64,000 bases of DNA from Octopus vulgaris (Eukaryota): NCBI GenBank assembly GCA_951406725.2, contig OX597837.1, positions 6,758,001 through 6,822,000 on the forward strand, written 5' to 3'. The stretch's first letter is position 1. Each line of letters starts with the position of its first letter. A model generated the notes under the pieces. It was not told the origin of the DNA. It saw only the letters and a list, made by a program, of their open reading frames with translations, and made no database searches. Of this stretch, positions 1 through 14,137 are shown piece by piece. Position numbers and translations under genes: made by a program.

Positions 1-116
1 AGCAGCAGCAGCAGCAACAGAAGCAGCAACACCGGCAGCAGCAACACCGGCAGCAGCAGTGGTGTCATCACACTAGTGGTTGTGGACATTATCATCCACG
101 TGATCCACGGCAATGT

Positions 117-155
<39 letters not shown>

Positions 156-470
156 CGACGACGACGACGATGATGATGATGATGATGATGATGACGACGA
201 CGACGACGACGATGATGATGATGATGATGATGATGATGATAATAATGATGATGACGATGATGGTCATGATAATGATAATTATAATGACGTATATGATGAT
301 GATGATGATGATAATGACGACGCCGACGCTACTGCTGATGGTGATGATGATTATGCTGACGATGATGACTATGAAGTTGATGGTGATAAATACGATGACG
401 GTGGTGATGGTGTAGATGGTGATGACGCTAATGGCGATCACGATGATAACCACGATGATCATGATAAAAG
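1..470. repeat. (CAG)n then (GAT/GAC)n trinucleotide microsatellite
   Basis: Direct reading; gives the poly-D/poly-M/poly-I ORFs in the track. Confidence 0.95.
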
Positions 471-691
471 AACAGAAAAATTATTTGGATAATAGCAGTT
501 ATTGATATGGGGGAGTGGGGTGAGGCGATAATGGAGGCGACGGAGGAGGGATTCGGAAAATGTCGCTAAACACTGTCATTAATGAAATAAGTACTTTTTG
601 TGAAATAATAGTGTTTATAGGGGAAATATGAAAATTATAAAATTATCTTTAATGGACAAAATTGAAAGAGACACTGAACGACATAGACGAT

Positions 692-1290
<599 letters not shown>

Positions 1291-1439
1291 GGGCAGAGGA
1301 AGAGTAGTTTTAGTGGAAGAAATAGTTATATACTTATTTTGACATATATAAAAGTATCTTTCTCTCTCCCTCTCTCTCTCTCTCCCTCTCTCTCTCTCTC
1401 CCTATATCTCGCTATATATATATGTTCTTCTATTTTAGC

Positions 1440-1739
1440 ATTTTTTGTTTCAGTAATTTGACTATGACCATGCCGGAGCTCTACCTTTAGTACTTATTCT
1501 ATCGGGGTTTTTTTGCGGGATCGCTCAGTTACGGCGCCGTAAACACACCAACATCGGTTGTCAAGCGATGGTGGAGGAACAAACACAGACACAAATGCAT
1601 ACATCCAAACACATATACGTATATGTGGTCGGCCCGAGGCTAAAAAAGAAGACACTTGCCGAAGGTGCCACGCAGTGGGACTGAACCGGAACAGTGTAGC
1701 TAGGAAGCAAGCTACAAAACATACAGCCATTCCGGCGCC
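1440..1739 (-). mobile_element. tRNA-derived SINE family A, degenerate and internally deleted copy
   Basis: Reverse complement matches the head (..ggttcagtcccactgcgtggcacctt..) and tail (..agcatggcc..gtcaaatgactgaaac) of the fuller copies at 8198 and 53219. Confidence 0.8.
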
Positions 1740-1802
1740 TTGACATATATATTAAATATTTGTATATGATATATATATATGAAATGTATACATGTATATA
1801 TG

Positions 1803-1850
<48 letters not shown>

Positions 1851-2092
1851 CACACTCTCATATATGTATGTGTTTGTGTGCATATACTTATGTATGTATA
1901 TAACCAAAAAACGCTCACTCACATTACAGAAACATACACACAACCTCATGTATGTATAAATGCTCAAGCGTTTGGGATGTGTATACACACACGCACATGG
2001 ACATGTACCGTGTGTGTGAGCGTGCTCGAACACACATATTGCATGCGCAATGCCAAGCGTTAACAACGCACAAAAAAATCTAAGAGAAATAA

Positions 2093-2269
<177 letters not shown>

Positions 2270-2270
2270 G

Positions 2271-2301
<31 letters not shown>

Positions 2302-2660
2302 CATGCTTATTTCCTTTACCTACACACCATTCCTGGCCCTTTCCTCGCGTGAAAACCCATTTAGAAGCCTTTTATTCTTTGATCCATTTCGTTTTCAAGA
2401 GAACTTCAAAGGTTTCTTTATATCCGTCTTAAGGTGAACTTATTTCGCATAGAAAGATAAGAAGGACATTGGGAAAATCTGAAGAGAAACTGCGAAAATG
2501 AAGAGTAAGGAGAAATGATTGCGAAAGAAACCGCATCGATTTAAATGTTCATTATTTAATGTGAAATACCATTATTTATTAGTGGTATTATTATGTGTTA
2601 TTCTCGGCGATTTGTTACAGTGTGCAATTGATTCGTACCAGCGCGTGAGTGCGTGTATAA

Positions 2661-2699
<39 letters not shown>

Positions 2700-2793
2700 A
2701 GTCATCGCCACCATCATCATCATGATCATTCACCATTATCACCATCTTCCCCATCATCATCAACATCATCATTATTACCATTATTATTATTAT

Positions 2794-3435
2794 GAGTGGC
2801 TGTGTGGTAAGTAGTGTAGCTTGCTTAACGGCCACATGGTTGCGGGTTCAGCAAAGGTCCTACGCTGGTGTAGGACGCCTTTCCTTCGGGTTAAACATTG
2901 CATTTAGCAATATATTCATTTTAACTCTCACCTGTATGATAATCATTGTCAATTTTTAATCGTAAAACTGCTACACCCCTTTATGTTTTTTCCCTCCTTG
3001 TCCGATCCCTCTATACATTGCCTTAAGGCAAATATTATGAAATAAAGTAGCTTGCTTAACAAGCACATGGATCCTGGTTCAGTCCCAATGCGTGTCAATA
3101 TGGTCAATTGTTTTCTACTATAGCTTCGGGCCGATCAAAGCCTTGTGAGAGGATTTGGCAGACGGAAACTGAAAGAAGCCCGTCGTATAAATATATATAT
3201 GTATGTGTGTGTATGTGTCTGTGTATGTTTGTGTGTCTGTATTTGCTCCAGCAACATAGTTTGACAACCAATGCTGGTGTATTTACGTCCTTTAATTTGG
3301 TGGTTCAACAAAAGAGACCGATAGAATTAGTACTAGGCGTACAAAGAATAAGTCCTGGGGTCGATTTGCTCGACCAGAGGCGGTGCTCCGGCATGGCCGC
3401 GGTCAAATGACTGAAACAAATAAAACAATAAAAGA
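2794..3435 (+). mobile_element. SINE family A copy interrupted by an insertion in its tRNA-like head
   Basis: Head gagtggctgtgtggtaagtag at 2794; resumes as gtagcttgcttaac at 3047; tail ggcggtgctccggcatggccgcggtcaaatgactgaaac at about 3380-3418. Confidence 0.85.
2852..3046 (+). mobile_element. 5'-truncated 3' end of a non-LTR retroelement related to 57181-59410, inserted in a SINE A head
   Basis: Ends tgccttaaggcaaatattatgaaataaa|gtagc versus tgcctttatggcaaatgttttgaaataaa|gtagc at 59382-59415; about 36 bp of target sequence is imperfectly duplicated on both sides. Confidence 0.7.
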
Positions 3436-3479
<44 letters not shown>

Positions 3480-3875
3480 ATATATGTGGGCGTGCATGTT
3501 TATATTTGCAGTAATCTATCTTTAAAAGATATGAAATTACAAAAATGTTTGTCAACGCTTTGACAATCACCAAAATGGTTAATGCAGTGAAACGGAGTCA
3601 TAATAGGTCCAGTTTACGCTTTGATTGTTGCATTGTCGAAACCTAACCCCGTCTCCCAATTTTACACTCATTCTTCGCATGTCTTTATAGGATATGTTTC
3701 AATGCATTTAGTGCCATTTTCTATAGATTCTCATTAAAAACACCAACCACATTACTTCCCGTAATGTGATTGGCGTATTAATATATATATGTATATATAC
3801 ATATATATATATATTTTATATATTTATATATATATGTATATATACATATATATATATATTTTATATATTTATATA

Positions 3876-3917
<42 letters not shown>

Positions 3918-4194
3918 GCATATGAGCGTGTGTGTCTGTCTGTCTCTGTGTGTGTGCATGTGTGAGTGTGCCTGTCTGTGTATATGTATAAAAACATCAA
4001 ACGCTTGTATGTTTATGAAAGCGAATTTCTGTTCCATTTTTCTTGGGTTTTTTTCATGAAAGAAGGGAATTTGTCATAAATAATTATCCATACACATATA
4101 TGAGACCAAATATACACGGATATTCAGAGACTCTCTCTCTCACACACACATGCACACACAGAAACACATACACATATACACATGCGCATATATA

Positions 4195-4254
<60 letters not shown>

Positions 4255-4310
4255 CATGCATATATATGTATTCGTGTGTGTACATATACGTTAATATCAT
4301 TATATCTTTA

Positions 4311-4351
<41 letters not shown>

Positions 4352-5258
4352 GTGTGTATATATATATATGTATATATATATATAGACATACATATATATA
4401 TATATACATACACATACATGAACACATACACACGCACATACATACATACATACATACATACATACATACATACATACATACATACATACAAGCATCCGTC
4501 TACAGAAAATATGGTTTTTCCACAAACACTTCACTTATAGAATATTTTTCGTTGAAACCATCATCTACCGACAGCCTTCTGTATCGTAAACAACACTAAA
4601 CAATTTGTTTTTACTGCCACTTTCATTTTAGCTCCATAGAAATAAAAATGAAAGACTGTCTCGTGTAGTTTTAATAACAATTGGCAATGAGGGAGATTTG
4701 CTTCCGCCGAAAATAAAGAGAAAATATATTATTTGTCACACAGTCCGACGCATTGACAAGTTACATAGTCATACACATCCCTTATACGCATATATTTGCA
4801 GAAACATTTTTTTGGTTTTTGGTATGTTTGAGTAGATGTGTCATGGTATTGTGTCATGTGCATATATATACTTCCCTAAATCAACTGGCGCTTAATTTCT
4901 CTATGAGAAATTTTGCTGTCTGGATCAGGTGATATTAAGCATACGAGTTTATTTATTTATTTATTTATTTTGTTAAATTGCATTTGTGTGTGCGCGTCCA
5001 TATTTCTGTTATGTTTTCGCCTAGACATAATGAGATTAATAACCAGTTGTTAGAACTCAGTATATTTATGCTTTATAGCAAAGAATCAGGCGAGTATAGG
5101 GTGTGATATTAAATGAAATAAATGACAACAGCACAGGAACGATGCAATATCATCCATTACTCAGGAGATTTTTCTTGTGCTCACGTGTTATCTTATTGCT
5201 TCGTCGGAACCATTTGAATTAATTTCTTATTTTTCATTGCTGTTAAGTAATATACATG

Positions 5259-5496
<238 letters not shown>

Positions 5497-5500
5497 AAAA

Positions 5501-5721
5501 TACATAAAGAGGCTTCCAACAAGGAAAGACTTGTGCTAGAAAGAGCAGTAGAAAACTCAAACCACTAATTAAGGATAAATTCTCGAAAGGAATGAAAATT
5601 TACTGTCTGCTAAACGTTTTTAATTTTCATTCCTTTCGAGAATTTATCCTTAATTAGTGGTTTGAGTTTTCTACTGCTCTTTCTAGCACAAGGCTTTCCT
5701 ATTTGGAAGCCTCTTGATGTA
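5501..5721. repeat. Long inverted repeat (about 100-bp arms, 21-nt spacer)
   Basis: 5501-5600 is the reverse complement of 5622-5721 with about 4 mismatches, all in the outer 30 bp. Confidence 0.95.
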
Positions 5722-5809
5722 TCTCTATGTGAATAATATATAGTCTAATGACTAATTCGTTTTGTGCTTGGCCACTGATAATAATATTTTCTTATTACCC
5801 TATTGTTAT

Positions 5810-5851
<42 letters not shown>

Positions 5852-5855
<4 letters not shown>

Positions 5856-6934
5856 ACGAGGGGGGACCTCCGATTCGAACTGTTACGGAATCCCTCACAC
5901 AGGCCCGACTCGATCAGCGAATAAGCTACGGAAACTCGGAGAGGAGAGATAGATACAACAACAACAACAGCAGGAGCACGAAGAGATACAAAGAGGCAAG
6001 GCACAACTGGCTTACATTTAACAACTAGTTTATATGACAATCAATTGTTACAACATCAAATACATATCAGGTACATTTAAAAGAGGACATGCAAGTAACA
6101 ACTCATCAACTCAATACATCATACAGGTATACCACAGAACAAAGCATTCAAACATGCAGATACAATATAACCGTCCGGTAACAACACATCAAGTTCGATA
6201 CATCAGCATTTCAAGAGTACACGTCCGAAGACACAGTTCTATTTCAAAACACATCAACAAGTCATATACAGTTCGAAGGACATTAAAGGCCTAACAGTTC
6301 AATGTTCATTATACAATGTTCAAATCACAACACTGTACACAATGTCTTTACACAATTCACATTGTTCATCAAATTCCTTTTTACTGTCTCATTTCTTTTC
6401 ACTGTTCAATACATCAATTCTTTTTTCCTTCTTTTTCTTCACATATCAATACACAATTCACGTACGTTACATTAGCCAACGCCTCATATTGTACCTCATC
6501 TCTCTCAGTACTGCTAGCTCCAACTTGCCAAACTCTTGCCCCGAATTCCCAAATCCTCGCTTCTAAAATACCAACTGCTCGCTTTGACGACCAAAATCCG
6601 ACTGTTCCTTTATCACCACTCTCAATCTGTCTCTGCACTGCTAATATCCTCTCTCTCTGCTCTCAGCCCTATCTGCCTATCTTTATCGGCGCTGCTGCTG
6701 TCACCCTCTCTCCTAGTTCTCAGATTCCTTACTCTGTCTTTCTCACTACTTTCTTCTTCCTCTTCATCACTGTCACTAGATTCTTCCTTACTCTAAGGGG
6801 TGTTTAGAACGAACTCTAGTTCACCCGAAAGGGGTCGCAGGTCTACCCAGAACCGATTAATCCACCTGAATCTGACAGGACGATGGGTTTATCCCAAAAG
6901 TAGGTCACAGTCAACTGTCCTTAAGCTGAACCAT

Positions 6935-6938
<4 letters not shown>
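5852..6938. mobile_element. Solo LTR (Gypsy-like) inserted in (TA)n
   Basis: Termini TGTTA...TAACA, ATAT on both sides (compatible with a 4-bp TSD, though ambiguous in TA repeat), no coding capacity, about 1.09 kb. Confidence 0.7.
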
Positions 6939-6975
<37 letters not shown>

Positions 6976-6978
<3 letters not shown>

Positions 6979-7196
6979 AGAATTCACAACGAAAAGCAAA
7001 ACACGAAGACAGGTGGTGCAGACAACAAACAGATGTATTAGTATAACGCTCGAGAAGTGAAAAAGTCTTTAACATTTCGAACCTACGCTCTTCCACAGAA
7101 AGGACCACAGAGACAAACAAGGAGAGAAAATAAAGAGAGAAAATTAAAGAAGAAAAAATAAAGAATGTGTAGTGGCTAGCGATCTATCATGGCGAA

Positions 7197-7199
<3 letters not shown>
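6976..7199 (-). mobile_element. Penelope pLTR-like fragment carrying a minimal hammerhead-like motif
   Basis: Homologous to 18150-18325; minus strand 7067-7102 reads cttt-CTGTGGA-A-GAGC-GTAG-GTTC-GAAA-TG-TT-aaag; flanked by (TA)n. Confidence 0.6.
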
Positions 7200-7258
<59 letters not shown>

Positions 7259-7373
7259 TGAGAGACAGACAGACAGACAGACAGATAGACAGACATACAG
7301 AATGTGAGTGAGGAATATATATATATATAAATAGAAAGATAGATGCATACTTATATACACATACACGTATGTA

Positions 7374-7418
<45 letters not shown>

Positions 7419-7471
7419 CTGTGCGAGAGAAAGAGAGAGAATATGTCAGAATATAAGACGGAAAATAAGTC

Positions 7472-7800
7472 AGAGGGTGTCTAATAAAGCTTCCGGCAAT
7501 GGTAAACAGCAGAACATGTACTCTCAGTTGAAATCAATTCTTTAAAGAAGTTTCTTGCAATTTACTTTGACATCTAGTCTCCAGCCAACCTTTTTTGATG
7601 ATTATTTAATTAAAATTTGGCTTTCTCAGTGTGCTTTCACTAGAAACCCATCTTCTTGGGGCCACCAATATCTGTTGTTGAAGGTTTAATAATATTAACT
7701 GCGTAAAATCTGTTAGACCCGATATCGAATATTCTTTACAAAAGTAGTTACAGGAAGCGTAACCTCTGTCTCTCGTAGAGTATGGAATTGAATTTTTCAG
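7472..7800 (-). mobile_element. Possible very old Tc1/mariner remnant
   Basis: agagggtgtctaataaagc resembles a Tc1/mariner TIR; translation PYS..ASCNYF weakly resembles YSPDLAPCDYF. Confidence 0.25.
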
Positions 7801-7977
7801 ACTCATCTTTCTATTTTCATTGAAAAAATTCGAACTCCCAACTGGTTAAATAAATGATTTTAATCTAATGTATATGTCACATTCTGAAAGATTGTCATTA
7901 TATAAGATAAACATTTATTTGCTCTTTATATGTAAAACTACTTCTTCTTTTTTTAAAACAATATATATACATATATA

Positions 7978-8195
7978 AGGTTGTGGGATGGTAGAATCAT
8001 TGGTCTACGTTGGTCGAAATGCTCGACGGCATTTTGTCCGTATTTACGTTCTGTGTTCAAATTCTGCCGCGGCTAGCCTTACCTTTCATCCTCTCGGGGG
8101 TCGATAAAATAAGTACCTGTTGAGCATTTGGGATCGGTAGAATCGTCTTACACCCGTCCTCGCCGAAATTGCTGGCTTCGGACCAAATTTGAAAA
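7978..8195 (+). mobile_element. tRNA-derived SINE family B, degenerate
   Basis: ttacgttctgtgttcaaattctgccg..tttcatcctctcggggtcgataaaataagtacc matches copies at 19971-20513 and 23455-23635. Confidence 0.75.
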
Positions 8196-8197
8196 CA

Positions 8198-8573
8198 GGA
8201 GTGGCTGTGTGGTGATTAGCTTGCTTACCAACCACATGGTTCAGTCCCACTGCGTGACACCTTGGGCAAGTGTCTTCTATTATAGCCTGGGGCCAACAAA
8301 AGGCTTGTGAATGGATTTGGTAGACGGAAACTGAAAGAAGCCCGTCGTATATATGTATATTTATGTGTGTGTGTTTCTGTGTCTGTTTCACCCCCCAACA
8401 TCGCTTGACAACCAATGCTGGTGTGTTTACGTCTCCGTAACCTAGCAGTTCGTCAAAAGAGACCGATGGAATAAGTACTAGGCTTACAAAGAATAAGTCC
8501 TGGCGTCGATTTGCTCGACTAAAGGCGGTGCTCCAACATGGCCCCAGTCACATAACTAAAACAAGTAAAAAAG
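8198..8573 (+). mobile_element. SINE family A, near full length (tRNA-like head, CORE-like ccttgggcaagt, internal TA/TG microsatellite, CR1-like tail)
   Basis: Many homologous copies in this window; A/B-box-like head; 3' end shared with the CR1-group LINE. Confidence 0.9.
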
Positions 8574-8633
8574 TATATATGATTTATTATTTATTATTTA
8601 ATTGAACGTGGCGCATCCATTTCCAAGTTAGTT

Positions 8634-8687
<54 letters not shown>

Positions 8688-8757
8688 TAAATTTATATTT
8701 CAATAATGAAAGACTAAATTACACCATTTAGAAAGATTGCATATTATAGAAAGATTA

Positions 8758-8832
<75 letters not shown>

Positions 8833-8899
8833 TTTGTGAACTTTGATTTAGTATTTCTAAATTGAATTTTTTCCTGTAAGTTTGGAATAATATTCCCTT

Positions 8900-8949
<50 letters not shown>

Positions 8950-9251
8950 AAAAAGTGCAAGCCATTATCAAATAGACACTATCATGAAAGCCATTGACTT
9001 TCATATGAATATATAATCTCCCCCGCGTTGGTACCAGTGTGTTAAGTCTGAGGTGCTACAAACTTATGCTATTCACCGGAGTATCATGTAAAGCGTGATT
9101 TACAATGGCGTCTTTAGTGATTCTGTCAAGGCCTTCTTCAACTGCAGTTTGCTTTAAGCAAAACATGAAAGTATCGGTAAATTGTAAAAGTTTGTTCAAA
9201 ATCAGATTACATTAGAATGTTAGAATGTTTATTGGTATATATACATACATA

Positions 9252-9331
<80 letters not shown>

Positions 9332-9478
9332 GGTGTGTATATATACATATATATATACATACATATATATTTATATACATATATACATACATCCATACAT
9401 ATATATATGTATACATAAATATATATATATATATACATATATACATATATATATGTATGTATATATATATTTATTTAC

Positions 9479-9519
<41 letters not shown>

Positions 9520-10277
9520 TGCATGTGCATTTGTGTATACGTATATGTACATGTGTGGGTGGGTGTATGGAAAGAGTGTTTTTAAAGAAAGAGAGGGGCG
9601 AGAAGGGGTGATGCATGAGTTACAATGTGAGATTTCGGAAAGGAGAAAGCCAGAGAAAAGAAAAAAAAATAGAAACGAACAGAAAAGAATGAAAGAATGG
9701 AAGAATAAACGAATAAATGAAAAGAAAAAAAGAAAATGAACATCAAGGACAGAGATATATTTGAAAGAAAGAATGAATGGAATGAAAGAATTTGAAAAAC
9801 GAAAGTGAAAGTAAAATGGCCAGTGACGGGAAATGTTTGCTTGAGAAAGAAAGAAAGTAAAAAAGAGGGGGAGAGAGAGAAAGGGTGAGACTGAGTAGAA
9901 AGTTACAGCAAAAAGAGGGGAGGATGAGGGAGTACTAAGGGAGAGATTGAGAGGAAGAGAGCCAAAGAAGAAACACTGAGAGATAAAGTGGGAAAGAAGG
10001 GACAAGAATTCGACAATTGAGGAAAATTTCTTTTTCAGTCGGCATCAATTTTATCTGAGATGAAAGGTAGAATTATCAAAAGCGAAATTGGCGAAAAATA
10101 TTGCAAGTCACGTGGTAGTTTCCTTTCTTTTTGGCAAAATTAAGAAATGGCGTAGTTTTCGGTTATTCAATTTCTTGGCGAAATATCTTTGGCACGCAAA
10201 CCCTTTTTATGTTGTTTTTATTTTGTTTTGGTTTTGCAGTTTTATACGGTTCTACCATTTTGTATCATGTTCCACCC

Positions 10278-11010
10278 TCATCAGAATAGTCATCATCATT
10301 ATCATCATCATCGTCATCGTCGTCGTCATCGTTGTTATTGTTGTTTTTGTAGTTGTTGTTGTTGTTGTAAACATAACCATCATTGCTATCATCGACATCG
10401 TCGTTTTCGTCGTATTTTTCGGCATCATTATCATCATAATCAACACCAGCAGCGGAAGGATCATCATCATCATGATCATTATCATCATAATCATCATCAT
10501 CATCATCCTAATCATCATCATCATCATCATTACCATCATTATCCTCCTCCTCCTCCTCCTCATCATCATCATCACTGTCACCAACACCGACACCAACATC
10601 ACCCCTATTATCATCATCATCATCATCATCATCATCACTATCATCATCGTCCCACCACCATCATCATCATCATCATCACCACCATCATTATCCTCCTCCT
10701 CAATCATCATCATCAGCATCATCACCACCATCACTCCAACCCCAACACCGCCACTCACCACCACGATCGTCATCATCATCATCTTCATCATCCTCCTCGT
10801 CGTCGTCATTGTCGCCATCATCATTGTCAGTGCTATCATCATCATCACCACCAGCATCATCATCAACGCCCTCATCATCATCATCATCCTAATCCTCATC
10901 ACCACCATCATTATTCTCCTCCTCAATCATCATCATCAGCCTCATCATCATCATCATCATCATCGTCATCAGCATCATCATAATCGTCGTCGTCGTCATC
11001 ATCATCATCG
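10278..11010. repeat. Degenerate (CAT/CAC/CGT)n low-complexity tract
   Basis: Direct reading; source of the poly-H/poly-I ORFs. Confidence 0.9.
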
Positions 11011-11458
11011 ATATTACTGTTTAATTACATTCTTATATTTGCCGTCGGTATTTATGGCCGTTGCCTTATCTTCTTTTTTATTGTGTTCCTCTTGATACCG
11101 CGTATCTTTTATTGTTACTTTTTGTAGCCGTCGTTGTTGCTGTTCTTCTTGTCGTCGTCGTTGTTGCTGTTGTTGTTGTTGTTCTGCTCAGAGTCAACTT
11201 TAACGAAACAGTCCTTTAAATTTGCAGCATTGCAACTGCGACTTTCATATTTACCGGTTGAATATTATCCTATCGCACTTGAGTGGAAATTTATTTCATC
11301 GACCGCTCCGAAAGGATAAAAGGATAAGTTCACATCGACAGACTTTGAGATCACAACGTGAAAAGACCCGTATGAAATGCCGCTAAGCATTTTGTCCGAC
11401 GAGCTAACAATTCTGCTTGCTCATCCCCTTGCTCAATATATATATATATGTATATATA

Positions 11459-11533
<75 letters not shown>

Positions 11534-11649
11534 TATATTAAATTAGAGATAAAACCACTATTAGGCAAATCAAACAATGAAAAACATAAGCCAATACATA
11601 AAATTAATTTAATTTATATTATTTTAAATATATATCAAAAGTATTAAAA

Positions 11650-11709
<60 letters not shown>

Positions 11710-11734
11710 ATATATGCCAAATTAAATGGATTTT

Positions 11735-11909
11735 AATTAAATGAAGCCCCGAGACAGAGTCAGCAGAGGTTCGCCATTACCTTCAGTCGGAACCGCATGG
11801 CGCTTAGGTATTTCGCTCATAAACACACACATCGCCCGGTCTGAGATTCGAACCCGCAATTCCTTGACCGCGAGTCCGCTGCTCTAACAACTAAGCCATG
11901 AGCCTCCAC
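11735..11909 (-). mobile_element. tRNA(Arg)-like SINE family (head plus partial body)
   Basis: Minus strand gtggaggctcatggcttagttgttagagcagcggactcgcggtc..gggttcgaatctcagaccgg, homologous to 49205-49515. Confidence 0.8.
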
Positions 11910-12057
11910 TAAAATAAGTATACAGTACAGTAATGTTTCGACTTCGCGGATTTTCACCTATCGCGGGGGTTTTGGAACGTTACATCCGCGATATTCGAGG
12001 GATAATTGTATTACCTGTTTTTGGTGTGTCCTGTTTTTATAGATATGAAGGTTTGTT

Positions 12058-12325
12058 ATGGCTGAAGGTGCTCGCCTCACGATCGAGGTCGTTTTCCGGC
12101 GGAGCGTTGTGTCCTTGAGCAAGACACTCTATTTCACGTTGCTCCATTCCACTCAGCTGGCAAAAATTAGTAATACTCGTATTTCAAAAGACCACCCTTA
12201 TCATATTTCGTATCACGTTGAATCTCTCTGGGAACTACGTTAATAGTACGCATGTCTGTGAAGAACTCAGCCACGAGCAGGCCCCACTGGAACACTCGTC
12301 GTCGTAACCGACGGAGGGCCACTTT
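12058..12325 (+). mobile_element. tRNA-derived SINE family C
   Basis: gttgtgtccttgagcaagacact..tttcacgttgctcca central domain also at 60960; tail homologous to 25330-25450 on the minus strand. Confidence 0.7.
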
Positions 12326-13365
12326 ATTTTTAACGCATCCAGTGATCGAGTAGAAGCTCCCATCTTGACTCCCTTTTGTTGCTCCCGTTTTGACTGCTGT
12401 AGTTACTCCTGGTAGTGATGGTCACGGAAATAATGGTGGCGGGATTACTACTGATAACATTGATAGTGGTGGCGGTGTGGTAGTACTGATTGTAGAGTTA
12501 GTAGTATTATTGGTGGTGGTGGTGGTGGTGGTGGTAGTAGTAAAGGTAGTGGTCGTGGTTGAGTTGTAGAGAGGATGTTGATGGTTGGAATAGTGGTGAT
12601 AGTGGAATGTGTCACGGTGGTAATGGTGTGGTGGTGGTGGTAATTATAGTGGTAGTGTTTGGTGGTGGTGGCGGTGTTGGTGGTAGTTGTGGTGATGGTA
12701 ATTATAGTGGTGGTGTTTGTTGTTGTAGTTGTTGTTGATGGTGGTGGTGGTAGTTGTGGAGATGATGTTAAAAGTGGCGGTAGCGTTGGTGGTGGTCGTG
12801 TGGAGCGTAGCAATGATAGTAGAGGTGATGTTAGTGTTGGTGGTTGTAAGAAATGGGGCGGGCCTGTTATTGTCATTGTTTTTTGTTGTACTCTTAAAAC
12901 AATTTAGAAAATGGGAAATATCTGAAAAAAAAATCAATTTCTGAATTTTTTGAAATGTTTTAAACAATAAGATATGAAATAACAATAAAAAACAATTTGA
13001 AATTATATATTAAATGCCATAAAAAAATAAGGAATTTATTTTGTACAAACGCGTGGATACACACACATATATCTAATACAGAGAGACAATAGCACATTAT
13101 ACACACACACACACACATATATATATATACATATATGTACAAGAACAACCGCATACACATACAAACACGCATATATATATATATATATATACGCATATAT
13201 ACATTCATGCATATTTGTCCGTGTGCGTATGTGTGTGCTGCGTGTATGTGTGTGTGTGTGTGTGTGTACTTACATTCTGAAGAATTATAACAATACGGCT
13301 GTGACCTCCAAAAACACAAATTTCCTGTAAATTGTAACGTCAGTGACAATGTAAAAAATCTACAA

Positions 13366-13404
<39 letters not shown>

Positions 13405-13543
13405 TATATGTATGTGTATATATATATATATATATATATTTGTGTGCGTGTGTATACGCATACACATAGACACACATAGACTCACGTCTATGTATATATG
13501 CGTATATATATATACACATATATATATATATATAAATGTATGC

Positions 13544-13587
<44 letters not shown>

Positions 13588-13640
13588 GCATACATTTATA
13601 TATATATACATAGACGTGTATATATGTGTGTGTGGGTTTC

Positions 13641-13850
13641 TTTAAAACTAAACTGGATCTCTTCTTGTCGGGGGTCCCAGATGAACCTACCTCACGACAG
13701 GAGACGCAGATGCGGGCAGCAGCATTAAACTCCCTTGTTGATCAAGTGCCACGTATCAGCGGTGGATTCACATATAAATGTAGCTCATACAGCGATGGTG
13801 CCACAGCATGGCCGCGACCTTCGGGCTAAAACATTTTTAAGGATTTAAGG
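13641..13850 (+). mobile_element. 3' end of CR1-group LINE
   Basis: Encodes FKTKLDLFLSGVPDEPTSRQE, nearly identical to the C-terminus of the LINE at 28158-29245. Confidence 0.85.
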
Positions 13851-13866
13851 ATATATATAAATATAT

Positions 13867-13973
<107 letters not shown>

Positions 13974-14137
13974 ATAGGATTAGCTCGTATACGAGTAGGT
14001 ATATATTTGTAAAAAATGAAGTTCGAAAATGCTGCTGTATTATACAATTTTTAATTTTTATATATACATTATAACATGTTTCAGTTCCTGAAATGAACCT
14101 TATCAAAAAAAGTTATATATAAAAAAAGAGACAGCTC

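Noticed and set aside
73-492. Poly-D/poly-M/poly-I ORFs
   Set aside because: Translations of (GAT)n; open in several frames and strands only because the repeat lacks stops
6316-6807. 163-aa ORF inside the solo LTR
   Set aside because: Pyrimidine-rich low-information sequence with no gag/pol motifs
10088-11095. 335-aa and 264-aa His/Ile-rich ORFs
   Set aside because: (CAT)n low-complexity tract with no domain or splice evidence
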